Origin: a virus | Direction: 5' to 3' (one strand) | Length of the DNA: 64,000 nt | IMG/VR virus record: IMGVR_UViG_3300045988_100041 | The notes under the pieces: generated by a model | What the model saw: the letters and a program-made list of their open reading frames with translations, nothing else | Told to the model about the DNA's origin: nothing | The model's database searches: none | Shown here: one piece after another, positions 46,501 through 55,749 of the stretch | Layout of the letters: each line of letters opens with the position of its first letter | Numbering within the stretch: the stretch's first letter is position 1 | Program-made: the position numbers and the translations under genes

Positions 46501-48589
46501 AGAGGCGATCATGGCAGACGTGGATGCAACGGAAGATCTTGTTGGCATCACGAAATCGTCCAGCGGAGCGATGGACAGCTTTGTTGCAGGACTGATTGAC
46601 GCGGCAAAGCAGGCAGGCGCGACAGACAGCGAAATCAACAGCCTTGTTGCGCGCATGATTATCTTCAATAACACGGGGCTTGATGTGCGCGGGAAAATCG
46701 CCGCATTGCAGGCGCTTGCTTTGCAGGCAGGCGTTACAAACTCCGCCATCGCCGGAATCAGCCTGGATGCCATCGGTAAAGACGCCGGAATGACGGTTGC
46801 GGATGCGCAGAAGAAATACGGCATGCCTTTAAAGGAGGCAGAGCGGTATGTGGCAAGCCAGAAGAAAAAGGCGCAGAACAACGATCAGGCGCTTTTGGAC
46901 TACTGGAACACGCTGGCAGACAAAATTCCAGAGCCGAGCGGAACAAGCTCCGGCGGAGGCGGCGGAGGACGCGCTTCTGACGAGATACTTGATTCGCACA
47001 AGGAAAGAGTATCGCTTCTTAAATCCGAGCTTACACTCATGGAAAAGCAAGGGGCAAGCGAGGAAGATCAGAAGAACAAGATGCGGCAGATCCAGCAGGC
47101 GCTTCACGCGCAGGCGGAGTATCTTCGTTCCATTGGCGCAAGTCAGGCGGATATTAACGGACTTTCCGCAGAATGGTGGGAATGGCAGGAGAAGATCAAC
47201 GGAGAGCTTAAAAGCGCGGACGATCTTCTGAGCGAGCTGAAAAGCGCATTGCAGGAGTCCTTAGACCGGCAGTCGGATGCGCTGGATGATGAAATCGCGG
47301 CAATCGACGCGCAGATCGAGGCGCTGAAAAAGCGCAAGGAGTCGAAAGACGAAGAGCTGACGCTGGAAGAGAAGATTCTCGCAGTGCAGCAGGCGCAGAA
47401 AAATCTTGCAGACGCGCAGAATGAGCGGACAATCCGGCAGTATAACGCAAGAGCCGGTCAGTGGGAATGGGTCGCAGACCAGAAGGAAATCAAGTCGGCA
47501 GAGGATGCACTCGACAAGGCGAAAGATGACTTGGAGGACTACAGGGAAAAACTCCAATACAACGCAGAACTGGCGGCTTTGGAAGCGCGGAAGGACGCAA
47601 TCAAAGCCCAGCAGGACGCACTTGACCGGCAGTATAAAAATTTCCTCAACTCCCTCAAGGAAAAGACGCGCGGCATCGGGGAGATCCTACAGGACATCTG
47701 GAAGAACGCAACGCCGGAACTCAAGGCAATCATCTTAGAAAACGCAGAGCTATTCAGGGCGCTTGGCGTGGATGTGACGAAGCTTGCAGACAGCATCGTA
47801 GCGGCATCGAACCGGATTGTGAAGGTTGGAGCGGACGGAAAGGCACCGTCCGGGCTTGCCGTTGGAGACAGAGTTGTTACAGGCGGCGGCACTTACGAAA
47901 TTACAGGCGTCAATCCGGACGGAACGTATGAATCGAAGCTTGTTGATAAGAATCAGACAACCTACAACTATACCGGAGGGTATGACAATGCGCCGGGCGG
48001 CGGTTCGGGTGGTTCAGGTTCTGGCGGCGGCTCTGGCGGAGGCGGCGGAAACCGATACAGCGGAACCGTGTATGCAGAGCCGGACGACGGAAAGGGCGGA
48101 TACTACAAAATTTCCAGCGCGAACGGTCTGAACTTTTTGAACAACGCCGGCGCAGGAGACACGATGCGAGGCGGAGACGGGTCTTATTGGGTGAAGAACC
48201 GGAACGGCACGACATCGATCACGGACGGATACGGACGGAAATTCACGGTATATGACGAGGGCGGTATCCTTCGGGGGCTTGGCGGTATCAAGGCGACGAG
48301 CGCGGACGAGATGGTTTTGCCGCCGGAGATCACAAAGAAGATGCTCGCGCCGATGGCAGACGCGCGGTTTGAGCAGAGAATCCGGGAGCTGGGTCTTTTG
48401 TACGGGGCGAGAAACGATATGCCGCTTGCAGGTGGGGCAAGGTTTGACAACCATGCAATCGGCACGCAGCACAACGGAAATGTGTATCGGCTCGGCGGAA
48501 TTTCCATCAGCGAGGGAAAGGCAAGAACGACAAGCGTATATGAGCTTGCGCGGATGGCGCAGACGCTCACCATTTCAAGCGGCTCCTGA
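43577..48589 (+). CDS. tail tape measure protein
   Basis: 1670 aa and highly helical. Tape-measure core VAWQVINASVATVIRSFREAVKTMKEVDTELTAIQKVT. Gly-rich runs near the C-terminus. Confidence 0.9.
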   Translation: MAGNIDKVQLQVEVVRNQLDTLIKDVNNLKSQKLSITVDSTGMDAINKFNASMRTLTQNADGLGGKFTQVWNGIAEGAPVRTIETVNQGIGRTTEIIRTLNEETQSYSEVQTKTTTNYDAIAKAAQKAAEANQKAFSAAQKGMPTLQKQFADLERQIGSAVSKYPSGTFDKLSGEVKGARATLATLDSDLAEGKIGYEAYTSGVDSAKASLKELQSEFSQTQTDTEKLKNSTNVLGDSLGNIVKKIVAWQVINASVATVIRSFREAVKTMKEVDTELTAIQKVTNNTDAEMEKLSQHAYEVASQYGVAVTDYLESTGTFAKAGYKELSEDMAELATKTQLVGDVNAETANQFLLAADAAFKMKGNVTELSTVLDKANVIENKYATSIEKISEGFPIVANVASMANMSIDQLMAMLGTITAVTQESGTKAATAARALILNIMGDTETELENGVTWTKDEIESLTQVLWTYSEEAMKAAQATGTIVNPMEAVAGLAKAYKEGVLTQAELAKIESDLGGKLRTNQLDALIKNFDMYSDMLDKVKDSAGSADQEVSIMLTSWESKANILQNTWTEFISKTIDTSWAKGSLDAVTWLIEGFGDLGTAITIFGGALATVKWNEITTGFGTLKSVISALPMLFSKAKGGAEGFNNGMKSMNLTLTSTQLIVGSVVAVISALTIAYNHYKQKQEESWKASIEAGNAAVEEARSLEELYGAYQGADKAISDGTGSKKEFESATYDLLNAIGYETTALDEQITRYGSLKAAIDANKGAVTELLQAKIESALYDAKAGVTAAGEQLSSASGKVGLAAGSSAGTVLDYYNDLVRRRNEMLDSGDEGTYLYKEIADKISTLTPLVEEYNAALENQTYLENLAEDAKDGVIESYERENEAISDNTDALDENADAASKNAEKIAEAAKTLKQQESDLRTVSKALAEYQATGRISSATMKSLLGISSQYINLLTDENGKLRMTEDGLRGVAEAIMADVDATEDLVGITKSSSGAMDSFVAGLIDAAKQAGATDSEINSLVARMIIFNNTGLDVRGKIAALQALALQAGVTNSAIAGISLDAIGKDAGMTVADAQKKYGMPLKEAERYVASQKKKAQNNDQALLDYWNTLADKIPEPSGTSSGGGGGGRASDEILDSHKERVSLLKSELTLMEKQGASEEDQKNKMRQIQQALHAQAEYLRSIGASQADINGLSAEWWEWQEKINGELKSADDLLSELKSALQESLDRQSDALDDEIAAIDAQIEALKKRKESKDEELTLEEKILAVQQAQKNLADAQNERTIRQYNARAGQWEWVADQKEIKSAEDALDKAKDDLEDYREKLQYNAELAALEARKDAIKAQQDALDRQYKNFLNSLKEKTRGIGEILQDIWKNATPELKAIILENAELFRALGVDVTKLADSIVAASNRIVKVGADGKAPSGLAVGDRVVTGGGTYEITGVNPDGTYESKLVDKNQTTYNYTGGYDNAPGGGSGGSGSGGGSGGGGGNRYSGTVYAEPDDGKGGYYKISSANGLNFLNNAGAGDTMRGGDGSYWVKNRNGTTSITDGYGRKFTVYDEGGILRGLGGIKATSADEMVLPPEITKKMLAPMADARFEQRIRELGLLYGARNDMPLAGGARFDNHAIGTQHNGNVYRLGGISISEGKARTTSVYELARMAQTLTISSGS

Positions 48590-48613
48590 GACGGGAGAGA
48601 AAGGAAGAAAACT

Positions 48614-51565
48614 ATGCTTTATCAGCCGACAAACATTTCTCCAAGCATGCTGGGGCCGCTTGGAAACGGTGTCATTGACGCGAACGAGGATTTTGTGCTC
48701 AGTTTTCAGGTAAACGGCAACTCTCCGCTGGTGAGGTTTGGGCTTTTTATCGTAGGGGCTGACGAACCCTCGCAGATTGTTTTGGGCAGAACGCTGGAAC
48801 AACCGTTTTATGGGACAGACTACGCAGGAAACGTGCAGATGTTCCACGCGAATCTTGAATCACTCAGTATCACAAACGGGAAAAGCTACAAGCTGCGCAT
48901 CCGGCAGTATTGGAGTGAAACGGAGTATGTTGACCAGCAGAGCCAGAGCACATTTATTACAAGAGACCGTCCGACCATTTCTTTTCTTGGAGACTTCTAC
49001 GACGGAAGTTCTTTCAACCAAAAATCCGTTACGTTCCGAGCAAAGTACACGCAGAAGCAGGGAGACGGAATCAACTGGGTCCGATGGAGAATCGCGGAAG
49101 AACCGGAGAATTATAACTACGAGACTGAGCCGGAGAACATCATCCGAGACACAGGCAATATTTACGGAACTGCACAGCTACAATACACGTTTGATGGAAT
49201 TTTCCCCGGAAAAAGGTATCTTGTGCAGTGTATTGTCCAGTCTGAGACGGGAATGGAGAACATACCGGAATGGTTTTCTTTCAGTGGGGACGACTACCAG
49301 GAAGAAATGTTTGAGGCATCCGTCACGGCATGCACGGACGCAAAGAGCAATGGCGTTCGGCTGATTCTTCCGGAGGCAAGCAGCATAGAACCCAGCGTTT
49401 TTGGAACGCTTCCGAGCGAGCTGAACGGAGAACTTTTTGTCGATATAAACGGGAAAACAAAAGACGTTTCCTGGTATACCGGACAAGGATACAGTGAGAG
49501 CGCGAAGGCACCATTTAACTTTGCGTGGTGCGGCAGCACGGATGTGGATTCTGCTCCAATTCATCTTATTTGCGAGACGAGCGACCGAAAAAGAACGCAA
49601 TCGTATTTCTCGCTTTCTTCCAATATGGCATGTGAGGGAACTTATCCGATCTCCGGAAGCGGGACATGGAGAACGGTTGTTTGCGGCTACGGAGAAGGCA
49701 AGTTGTATATGGCGCTTGGGGATGCCGGCGTTGCGTATTCGCGCGATGCAAAGACATGGACAATGGCGACAATCCCGGCGGAGCTTTCAAGGAATCTATC
49801 TGCGCTTTCTCTTTGCGAGGGATACATCGAAAACGCAAGTCAGTTTTTCCTTGTTTCAAGCGCGACGACAGCCGCTGCGTACACAGAAGACGGCGTAACC
49901 TGGACCAGCGTTACGATGGACAAGCCGGTAAAGAATGTCTTTTTTAGCTACGGCAGATTCTTTGCAAACTATGTGTCCGGCGGCATTTCGTATTCCGAAA
50001 ATCTGCGCAGATGGTATGAATGCAAGATTGAAGGATACGGCGGAACGGAAGAGATCACCGGAGTTGTGTATGGAAATGAGATCTGGGTGTGTCTGTACGG
50101 AAACGGGAAATGCGCGACGACCGACGATCTTAACAACTGGGAATCCTCCACCGTTGCAGAAGATTCGACAACGCCGTTTTACGGGCTTTGCTTTTTGAAG
50201 GGAAAGTTTTTTGCAAGGGACAATGGCGGAGAAATCTATGTATCGGAAAACGGAAGCTTTTGGTCCATACGAACAAGCGCTCTGTTTCAGAGTAATGCAA
50301 GCGGAAGCAACACGGTAACAAACGATATGATCCTTGCGGTTGGAAGCCAAAACCAGATTCTTATCAGCGCGGACGGCGGAATATGGAAGGCTGCGGCGGA
50401 GGGAACAACCGGAGACTGGAAAAGCGGATGCTTTGACGGGGAAAACTTCGTGTTTGTTGGAGGCGGCGGAAAGGCGGCAATTTTCCACCTCTGCGTCGAT
50501 TTTCAGCTGACAAGCGGTCGCACGGAGCTTTGCAGCGGGAAAATTTATGCAAACGAAAGATTCACACTGATTTTGGACGGAAAGAAGCTCTATACCAGCT
50601 CCGGATACGGAAAGCGGAAGGAAGAATATGCAGCGGATTTTCAATGGACGGACGATGTAAGACTGCGTGAAGTTTTGCTTGCAAACCGACAGACCTGCTA
50701 CTGGATGCTGGTAAGCAACGGGAATTTGACGGAAAACGAAAGAGACGAGCTTTTGAACGGCACATCGTATACAGCGCTTAATTTCCCGACGTATCTTTAC
50801 ACAAACTTCTGGGGAACGGCAAACGCCGGGCAGTACGGAAGAACGGGATACAGCAAGCTCGCGATCTACCGGCAGGAGGGAGAAGAGGAAGCCATCCAGC
50901 ATGTCGGGGACATTACCGTAGATCAAGGGAATGTTTTTGTTGACGCTTCGGCGGTCAATGGAAGGAAATACACGTATTACGCATACGGGATTGGAGAGTC
51001 GTATTCCGCCGCCATCGTCAGCGGTCAGATTCAAACCTGCGGCTGGGACTGGCATCTGCTGGCTTGCACGAAGGATGACGCGGGCGCGTATCATGTGCAA
51101 AAAATTTACAGGTTTGGAAAGAATCTTTCCAGCGGTTCTGTCAGCAACAACGCGGTTCCTAGCGTGCTTCAAAATTTCACGAGGTATCCGGTTGTTCAAA
51201 ATTCGCCTTGGAACTACAGAAGCGGGATGCTGACAAGCATGATCGGATACACAGAAAACGGCGTGTATTTTGACAACACGAAACTCCGAGACGAAATTGC
51301 GGCGCTTACCACAAGCGGATACGCACTTTTCCTCAAAAACCGAAAAGGAGACGTTATCCACATTGCAATCTCCGGCGCAATCGAAATGGAGACGATGGAC
51401 AATTCCGCGCAGCAGGCGCAGACGGTGAAGCTGCCTTGGGTGGAGATTGCGGACGCAAGCAGCGCGCAGATCATCATTACCAAAAACGACGGCGCATTTT
51501 TGCAGGAGATTCCGTCTTTGGCTTCTGAACATGGAATCGACACTGCTGCGGTGTACTTTGGCTGA
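48614..51565 (+). CDS. large distal tail/baseplate protein with Asp-box-like repeats
   Basis: 983 aa directly after the tape measure. Six SxDxGxTW-like boxes (see finding at 49650-50480). Confidence 0.6.
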   Translation: MLYQPTNISPSMLGPLGNGVIDANEDFVLSFQVNGNSPLVRFGLFIVGADEPSQIVLGRTLEQPFYGTDYAGNVQMFHANLESLSITNGKSYKLRIRQYWSETEYVDQQSQSTFITRDRPTISFLGDFYDGSSFNQKSVTFRAKYTQKQGDGINWVRWRIAEEPENYNYETEPENIIRDTGNIYGTAQLQYTFDGIFPGKRYLVQCIVQSETGMENIPEWFSFSGDDYQEEMFEASVTACTDAKSNGVRLILPEASSIEPSVFGTLPSELNGELFVDINGKTKDVSWYTGQGYSESAKAPFNFAWCGSTDVDSAPIHLICETSDRKRTQSYFSLSSNMACEGTYPISGSGTWRTVVCGYGEGKLYMALGDAGVAYSRDAKTWTMATIPAELSRNLSALSLCEGYIENASQFFLVSSATTAAAYTEDGVTWTSVTMDKPVKNVFFSYGRFFANYVSGGISYSENLRRWYECKIEGYGGTEEITGVVYGNEIWVCLYGNGKCATTDDLNNWESSTVAEDSTTPFYGLCFLKGKFFARDNGGEIYVSENGSFWSIRTSALFQSNASGSNTVTNDMILAVGSQNQILISADGGIWKAAAEGTTGDWKSGCFDGENFVFVGGGGKAAIFHLCVDFQLTSGRTELCSGKIYANERFTLILDGKKLYTSSGYGKRKEEYAADFQWTDDVRLREVLLANRQTCYWMLVSNGNLTENERDELLNGTSYTALNFPTYLYTNFWGTANAGQYGRTGYSKLAIYRQEGEEEAIQHVGDITVDQGNVFVDASAVNGRKYTYYAYGIGESYSAAIVSGQIQTCGWDWHLLACTKDDAGAYHVQKIYRFGKNLSSGSVSNNAVPSVLQNFTRYPVVQNSPWNYRSGMLTSMIGYTENGVYFDNTKLRDEIAALTTSGYALFLKNRKGDVIHIAISGAIEMETMDNSAQQAQTVKLPWVEIADASSAQIIITKNDGAFLQEIPSLASEHGIDTAAVYFG

Positions 51566-51582
51566 GAAGGGAGGCGCGGACG

Positions 51583-52848
51583 ATGGCGTTTACGACATAT
51601 GCAGAGCGGACGCAGGATTATTTCCGGATGCTCCGAAAGCCGTTTACAAAAATATGCCGGCTGCGATTTTTGCAGCCGGACGGCTCGACGGCGTTTGCCC
51701 TCGACAATAACCCTCTGAACCGGAGGAGCGGCGCTTTTTTGCAGGACGGCAGCATCAGCGTGAACCTTCAAAACGGGCAGAGACGGACGGCAAGCGTGAC
51801 GCTTTCCAACATTGACGCGGCGTTTGACTACAATGTGAACAAGGTCTGGTTCGGGCAGCAGATTGCCATTGACGAAGGGCTGATTTTGTCAGATGGGTCG
51901 GAGTATTATCTTCCGCAGGGAATTTTCTACATTGCAGAGCCGCAGGAGACCTTGCAGCCGAATCTTCGGACGATCACATATCCGCTGGTTGACAAGTGGG
52001 CGTATCTGGACGGGACGCTTTTTGGGCGGCTGGAAGGGACGTATGAGGTTCCGGTCGGGACGAATATTTTTGAGCCGATGCAGGCAATCTTAGACCTTGA
52101 CCGGGGAAACGGCATGAAGGTTGATGCGGTTCGCCCAATCTTTACGGAGTATTACAACGAAAAGAAGCAGAAGCTTCCGGACGGAACGACGGTTAGCCTT
52201 GTGAAGTCTCCGTATACGCTGCGGGTAGATTCTGACGATGGAACGTATGCAGACGTTATTCTGGGACTTTCGGAGATGGTAAACGGGCTGGTTGGGTATG
52301 ACCAATCGGGCGCGCTTCGCATTGACCCGTCTCAAGATGACGTTCTGGACGCGCAGAAGGCGGTTCTCTGGCGGTTTTCCACAAAGGAAGCACAGCTGCT
52401 GGGCGCGACGTATACCGTCAAAAACACAGAGGTATACAACGACTATATTGTGCTCGGAGAACAGACCTCAGAATATGCACAGGCGGCAGGACGGGCGCAG
52501 AATCTTGACCCGGCGAGCGATACGAACGTGTATATCATCGGAAGAAAAACCTACAGAGAGACGGCAAGCGGATATTACACGCAGACGCAGTGCAAGGATC
52601 TTGCAGAGTGGAAACTCAAGCGGACGGCAGTTTTGCAAAAGGCAGTTTCTATTTCCTGCACGCAGATGTTCCACATTGTTGAAAACAATCTGATTGAGCT
52701 GACAAGGACGGATAAGCCCGGTTCTCCCACGGAGCGGCATTTGATTCAGGGCTTTACAAGACCGCTTACCTCGACGGGAGAAATGACAATATCGGCGGTA
52801 TCTGTCGCAGACTTCCCGATTGCGACGATCACCGGATGGCCGGAATAA
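51583..52848 (+). CDS. tail/baseplate protein
   Basis: 421 aa, by position after the distal tail protein. Confidence 0.5.
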   Translation: MAFTTYAERTQDYFRMLRKPFTKICRLRFLQPDGSTAFALDNNPLNRRSGAFLQDGSISVNLQNGQRRTASVTLSNIDAAFDYNVNKVWFGQQIAIDEGLILSDGSEYYLPQGIFYIAEPQETLQPNLRTITYPLVDKWAYLDGTLFGRLEGTYEVPVGTNIFEPMQAILDLDRGNGMKVDAVRPIFTEYYNEKKQKLPDGTTVSLVKSPYTLRVDSDDGTYADVILGLSEMVNGLVGYDQSGALRIDPSQDDVLDAQKAVLWRFSTKEAQLLGATYTVKNTEVYNDYIVLGEQTSEYAQAAGRAQNLDPASDTNVYIIGRKTYRETASGYYTQTQCKDLAEWKLKRTAVLQKAVSISCTQMFHIVENNLIELTRTDKPGSPTERHLIQGFTRPLTSTGEMTISAVSVADFPIATITGWPE

Positions 52849-52869
52849 TCAAGAGGAAGGGGGAACAGC

Positions 52870-53058
52870 ATGGACGAGGCAAAGAAGAAGGTCAAGCGCC
52901 GCGTGAAGCTCACGTTTTTAAACGGAGATACGCGGTACGCAGTCAAAGAGGACTGGAAATACTGGTATTGTGAGGGCGCGCGGTATCGGAAAAATAACCC
53001 AGCAATCGTATCGGCAGAAAAAGAGGCGATGCAGAGAAAGGAGAAAGAAGATGCGTAA
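52870..53058 (+). CDS. small basic hypothetical protein
   Basis: Track ORF. Confidence 0.4.
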   Translation: MDEAKKKVKRRVKLTFLNGDTRYAVKEDWKYWYCEGARYRKNNPAIVSAEKEAMQRKEKEDA

Positions 53059-53197
53059 TTTTTCAAAGCTTGCATGGTGGTCTTTTTACCGGAAGGATGC
53101 AAAGGCATGGTTTTTCCCGCTGAAATGGCTGCACCCTCCCGAGTATTTGCAGATCTGAGGAAGAAGAAGGACATGAGGACGCATGGGAGAAAGAGAT

Positions 53198-53620
53198 ATG
53201 AGTGATGCAATGACCGTTTTGGTCGCGGTTCTTGGAAGTTCGGCGTTTTCCATCGTTGTCAAGGAAATCATAGACAGCCGGAAGGCAAAGAAGCGCGGCG
53301 TGAGCACTGTGGGAGAGAAGCTTGAGCAGCTGTCAAGAAAGATCGACGAGCGGGAAAGAATATTCTCGGAAAAAATCGACGAGATCTGGGACCGGCTCGA
53401 CGGCAGAATTGAAAAGCTGGATAAAAAGCTGGACGTTCAGAAGGAGGCTGTTGAAAAACAGCATCTGGACATTTTGCGGCTGACAATTATGAGTCCGAAT
53501 ATGCCGGTATCAGAGCGGTTGATTGCCGGGTCTGAGTATATCAAAAAGGGCGGAAACGGGGACGTGAAGAAATACGTTCATACGCTGGAAGAGCGATGTC
53601 AGAACGGGATGGAAAAATGA
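53198..53620 (+). CDS. membrane-anchored coiled-coil protein (lysis module?)
   Basis: N-terminal hydrophobic span TVLVAVLGSSAFSIVV, then a coil. Internal ATG of track ORF 53183..53620. Confidence 0.45.
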   Translation: MSDAMTVLVAVLGSSAFSIVVKEIIDSRKAKKRGVSTVGEKLEQLSRKIDERERIFSEKIDEIWDRLDGRIEKLDKKLDVQKEAVEKQHLDILRLTIMSPNMPVSERLIAGSEYIKKGGNGDVKKYVHTLEERCQNGMEK

Positions 53621-53901
53621 AACGGATCAGGGAAATGGAGTGCAGCAAAAAACTGCTGATTTTTTCCTATACGGTGCTCTTGTTTCTGATCCTTGTTTTC
53701 CTGCTTGCAAGCGACAAATCCTCTGCGGCGACGGTTCTTTGCGCGTGGATTGCGGAGTGCGGCGTTGCAACGGGGTTTTATTTCTGGAAGGCGAAGAACG
53801 AGAACAGGAGCAAGTACGCGCTGCAATTTGTGCAGGAGCTTGCACAGACGTATGGCATTGACGCGACGGCGCGGATTATTGAGACAGTTTTAAAAGATTG
53901 A
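53617..53901 (+). CDS. holin-like two-TM protein
   Basis: Hydrophobic spans LLIFSYTVLLFLILVFLLA and VLCAWIAECGVATGFYFW, upstream of the endolysin. Confidence 0.5.
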   Translation: MKRIREMECSKKLLIFSYTVLLFLILVFLLASDKSSAATVLCAWIAECGVATGFYFWKAKNENRSKYALQFVQELAQTYGIDATARIIETVLKD

Positions 53902-53915
53902 GAGGGGTAGAGAAT

Positions 53916-54143
53916 ATGAACAACAAATGGTGGCAGGTGCTGATTTCGAATCTTTTCAAGGTGAAGTCGCTCGTGACGATCATGCTGACATCGGCTTTCG
54001 TTGCGATGTCTTTGCGTGGGAAGGTTGAGCCGAAGGATTTCTATTCCATCATTGTGATGGTCCTGACGTTCTATTTCGGCTATCAGAGCGCGAAAACGGA
54101 AGACCAGACGGGAGGTGGCAGCGATGGCAAAGCTGGTAATTGA
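53916..54143 (+). CDS. holin-like two-TM protein
   Basis: Hydrophobic spans LVTIMLTSAFVAMSL and FYSIIVMVLTFYFGY. Overlaps the endolysin start. Confidence 0.5.
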   Translation: MNNKWWQVLISNLFKVKSLVTIMLTSAFVAMSLRGKVEPKDFYSIIVMVLTFYFGYQSAKTEDQTGGGSDGKAGN

Positions 54144-54807
54144 CAAAAGCATTCGGGCAAGCAGAATTGGCGGCAAGCGCCCTGTTTCGGCAGTTAAGGC
54201 AATCGTATTCCATTACACGGCGAACACTGGGAAAAGCGCGACTGCGAAGGGAAATGCCAGGTATTTTGCCGCAGGAAGCGAAGGACGCGCCGCCAGCGCC
54301 CATTACTGTGTTGACGAGGGTAACGTAGTATATGAGTGCGTTCCGCTCGATACGGTGGCGTGGAGCGTCGGAGACGGGAAGTCCGGAAAGTACGGAAGCC
54401 TATACAGCAACTACAACACAGTCTCCATCGAGATGGTCAGCCACACAGACGCATCAGGGACGTATTACATCCCGGAAAAGACGATGGAAAACGCGGCAAG
54501 GCTGTATCAGATGCTTTTGCCGCAGCTGCCGAACGTTCAGGCGGCAATCCGGCACTATGATGTGAGCGGAAAGCTGTGTCCGCTGCCGCTGATTAACGAG
54601 GAAAAATGGGAGAAGTTCCAGAAGCTTTTGAAGGAGGTAGATGAAGTGGTTGAAAAGAGCAAGATCATTGTAGACGGAAAGGAAGTTGCCGTTGATCGGA
54701 TTTTGAAGGACGGCACAAACTATGTAAAGGTACGCGATATTGCGGCGGCGCTCGATCTCAAGGTATCGAACAAGGGAAATATCGCGGTGCTTGAAACGAA
54801 GAAGTAA
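54124..54807 (+). CDS. endolysin: N-acetylmuramoyl-L-alanine amidase with C-terminal wall-binding domain
   Basis: Amidase_2-like IVFHYTANTG ... ASAHYCVDEGNVVYECVPLDTVAWSVGD. C-terminal VDGKEVAVDRILKDGTNYVKVRDIAAALDLKV. Confidence 0.85.
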   Translation: MAKLVIDKSIRASRIGGKRPVSAVKAIVFHYTANTGKSATAKGNARYFAAGSEGRAASAHYCVDEGNVVYECVPLDTVAWSVGDGKSGKYGSLYSNYNTVSIEMVSHTDASGTYYIPEKTMENAARLYQMLLPQLPNVQAAIRHYDVSGKLCPLPLINEEKWEKFQKLLKEVDEVVEKSKIIVDGKEVAVDRILKDGTNYVKVRDIAAALDLKVSNKGNIAVLETKK

Positions 54808-54813
54808 GAGCAC

Positions 54814-54848
54814 AAAAAGCCGGGGGATCGACAATCCCTCGGCTTTTT
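54814..54848. terminator. bidirectional intrinsic terminator between convergent operons
   Basis: AAAAA-GCCGGGGGA ... TCCCTCGGC-TTTTT, a 9-bp stem with one G-U pair. Confidence 0.7.
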
Positions 54849-54862
54849 GCATATATTGGAGG

Positions 54863-55153
54863 TTATAGGTTTGAAAGCGTTCCGTCACCGATGACGACGG
54901 CGTTTGTGAGGTCGCTGCCAAGGACAAAGACTGTGACCTGAGAGCCGACAGGCGCACTTGCGATGCTCGAAACATAGGGAAGGGCGATTTCTTTGTCGAA
55001 GGGGCGCTGGACGGTGAGCTTGCCGCCGGAGGCTCTTTTTGTGACCTCGGCGCGGAAGAACCAGACATTTGAATGCGTCAGCTCTTCGACCTTTGGCTTA
55101 AAATAATCCCAGAGCCTGTCTGCAAAGCGTTTCATTTCCAGATTTTCATCCAT
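54863..55153 (-). CDS. small OB-fold-like protein (gpV/Gp138-N-like pattern, uncertain)
   Basis: ATG after CAGGAGGAACTTCCA. GGKLTVQRPFDKEIALPYVSSIASAPVGSQVTVFVLGSDLTNAVVIGDG. Confidence 0.45.
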   Translation of the reverse strand: MDENLEMKRFADRLWDYFKPKVEELTHSNVWFFRAEVTKRASGGKLTVQRPFDKEIALPYVSSIASAPVGSQVTVFVLGSDLTNAVVIGDGTLSNL

Positions 55154-55349
55154 TGGAAGTTCCTCCTGTTCTGGATTCTTCAATCAGTATCGTAAAGAAT
55201 CGATCTTCCGGCAGTTTCAGCGCCGCAGAATCAACGCTTTCGGCTTCAACGGTGATGATTTCGTTCGGTCTGTCATCACGGTAAACGACTTCGAAGGTGT
55301 ATTTTTGTTTTACTACGTTTGATCTGAGATCCAGCGTCATTCTTTCCAC
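55146..55349 (-). CDS. hypothetical protein
   Basis: Track ORF. Overlaps both neighbours. Confidence 0.45.
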   Translation of the reverse strand: MERMTLDLRSNVVKQKYTFEVVYRDDRPNEIITVEAESVDSAALKLPEDRFFTILIEESRTGGTSNG

Positions 55350-55687
55350 ACTCCCTGAACGCCGAAGGTGATGCGCAGGGTTTCTCCGGACGGCGCGGCA
55401 AAACTCACATCGTCGGCACTTGCAATGAGGGCAGATAGTCTTTTGCGGACGCTTTCGTTGAAAATTCCAACAGGAAGGGGAATGTCCAGCATGACCATAG
55501 CGTTTCGCGCGGTGTTTTCCGGGGGACGGACGGTAACGGCTGCGTGCATGAGGTGCGCGAGTTCTTCTGCCTGACGGCGAAGGTCTGCAAAGAGGTTCAT
55601 TTTCTCTTCATCAACAGAGGTTCCACGGAAGTTTTCATTTCGTTCGAGCATGGCTTCTACCATGGCGGCGGTTTTGGGATCTGTCAT
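55337..55687 (-). CDS. hypothetical protein
   Basis: ATG after AAAAGGAGAACTTATT. Confidence 0.5.
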   Translation of the reverse strand: MTDPKTAAMVEAMLERNENFRGTSVDEEKMNLFADLRRQAEELAHLMHAAVTVRPPENTARNAMVMLDIPLPVGIFNESVRKRLSALIASADDVSFAAPSGETLRITFGVQGVWKE

Positions 55688-55749
55688 AATAAGTTCTCCT
55701 TTTCAAATTGAGTTTTGATCGTCTACATATTGGATTCTACCGGGAATTT

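Noticed and set aside
47940-48070. Gly/Ser homopolymer-like runs (GGGSGGSGSGGGSGGGGG) and the earlier SSGGGGGGR run in the tape measure.
   Set aside because: Low-complexity linkers are common in tape-measure proteins. There is no nucleotide-level repeat structure suggesting a separate element.
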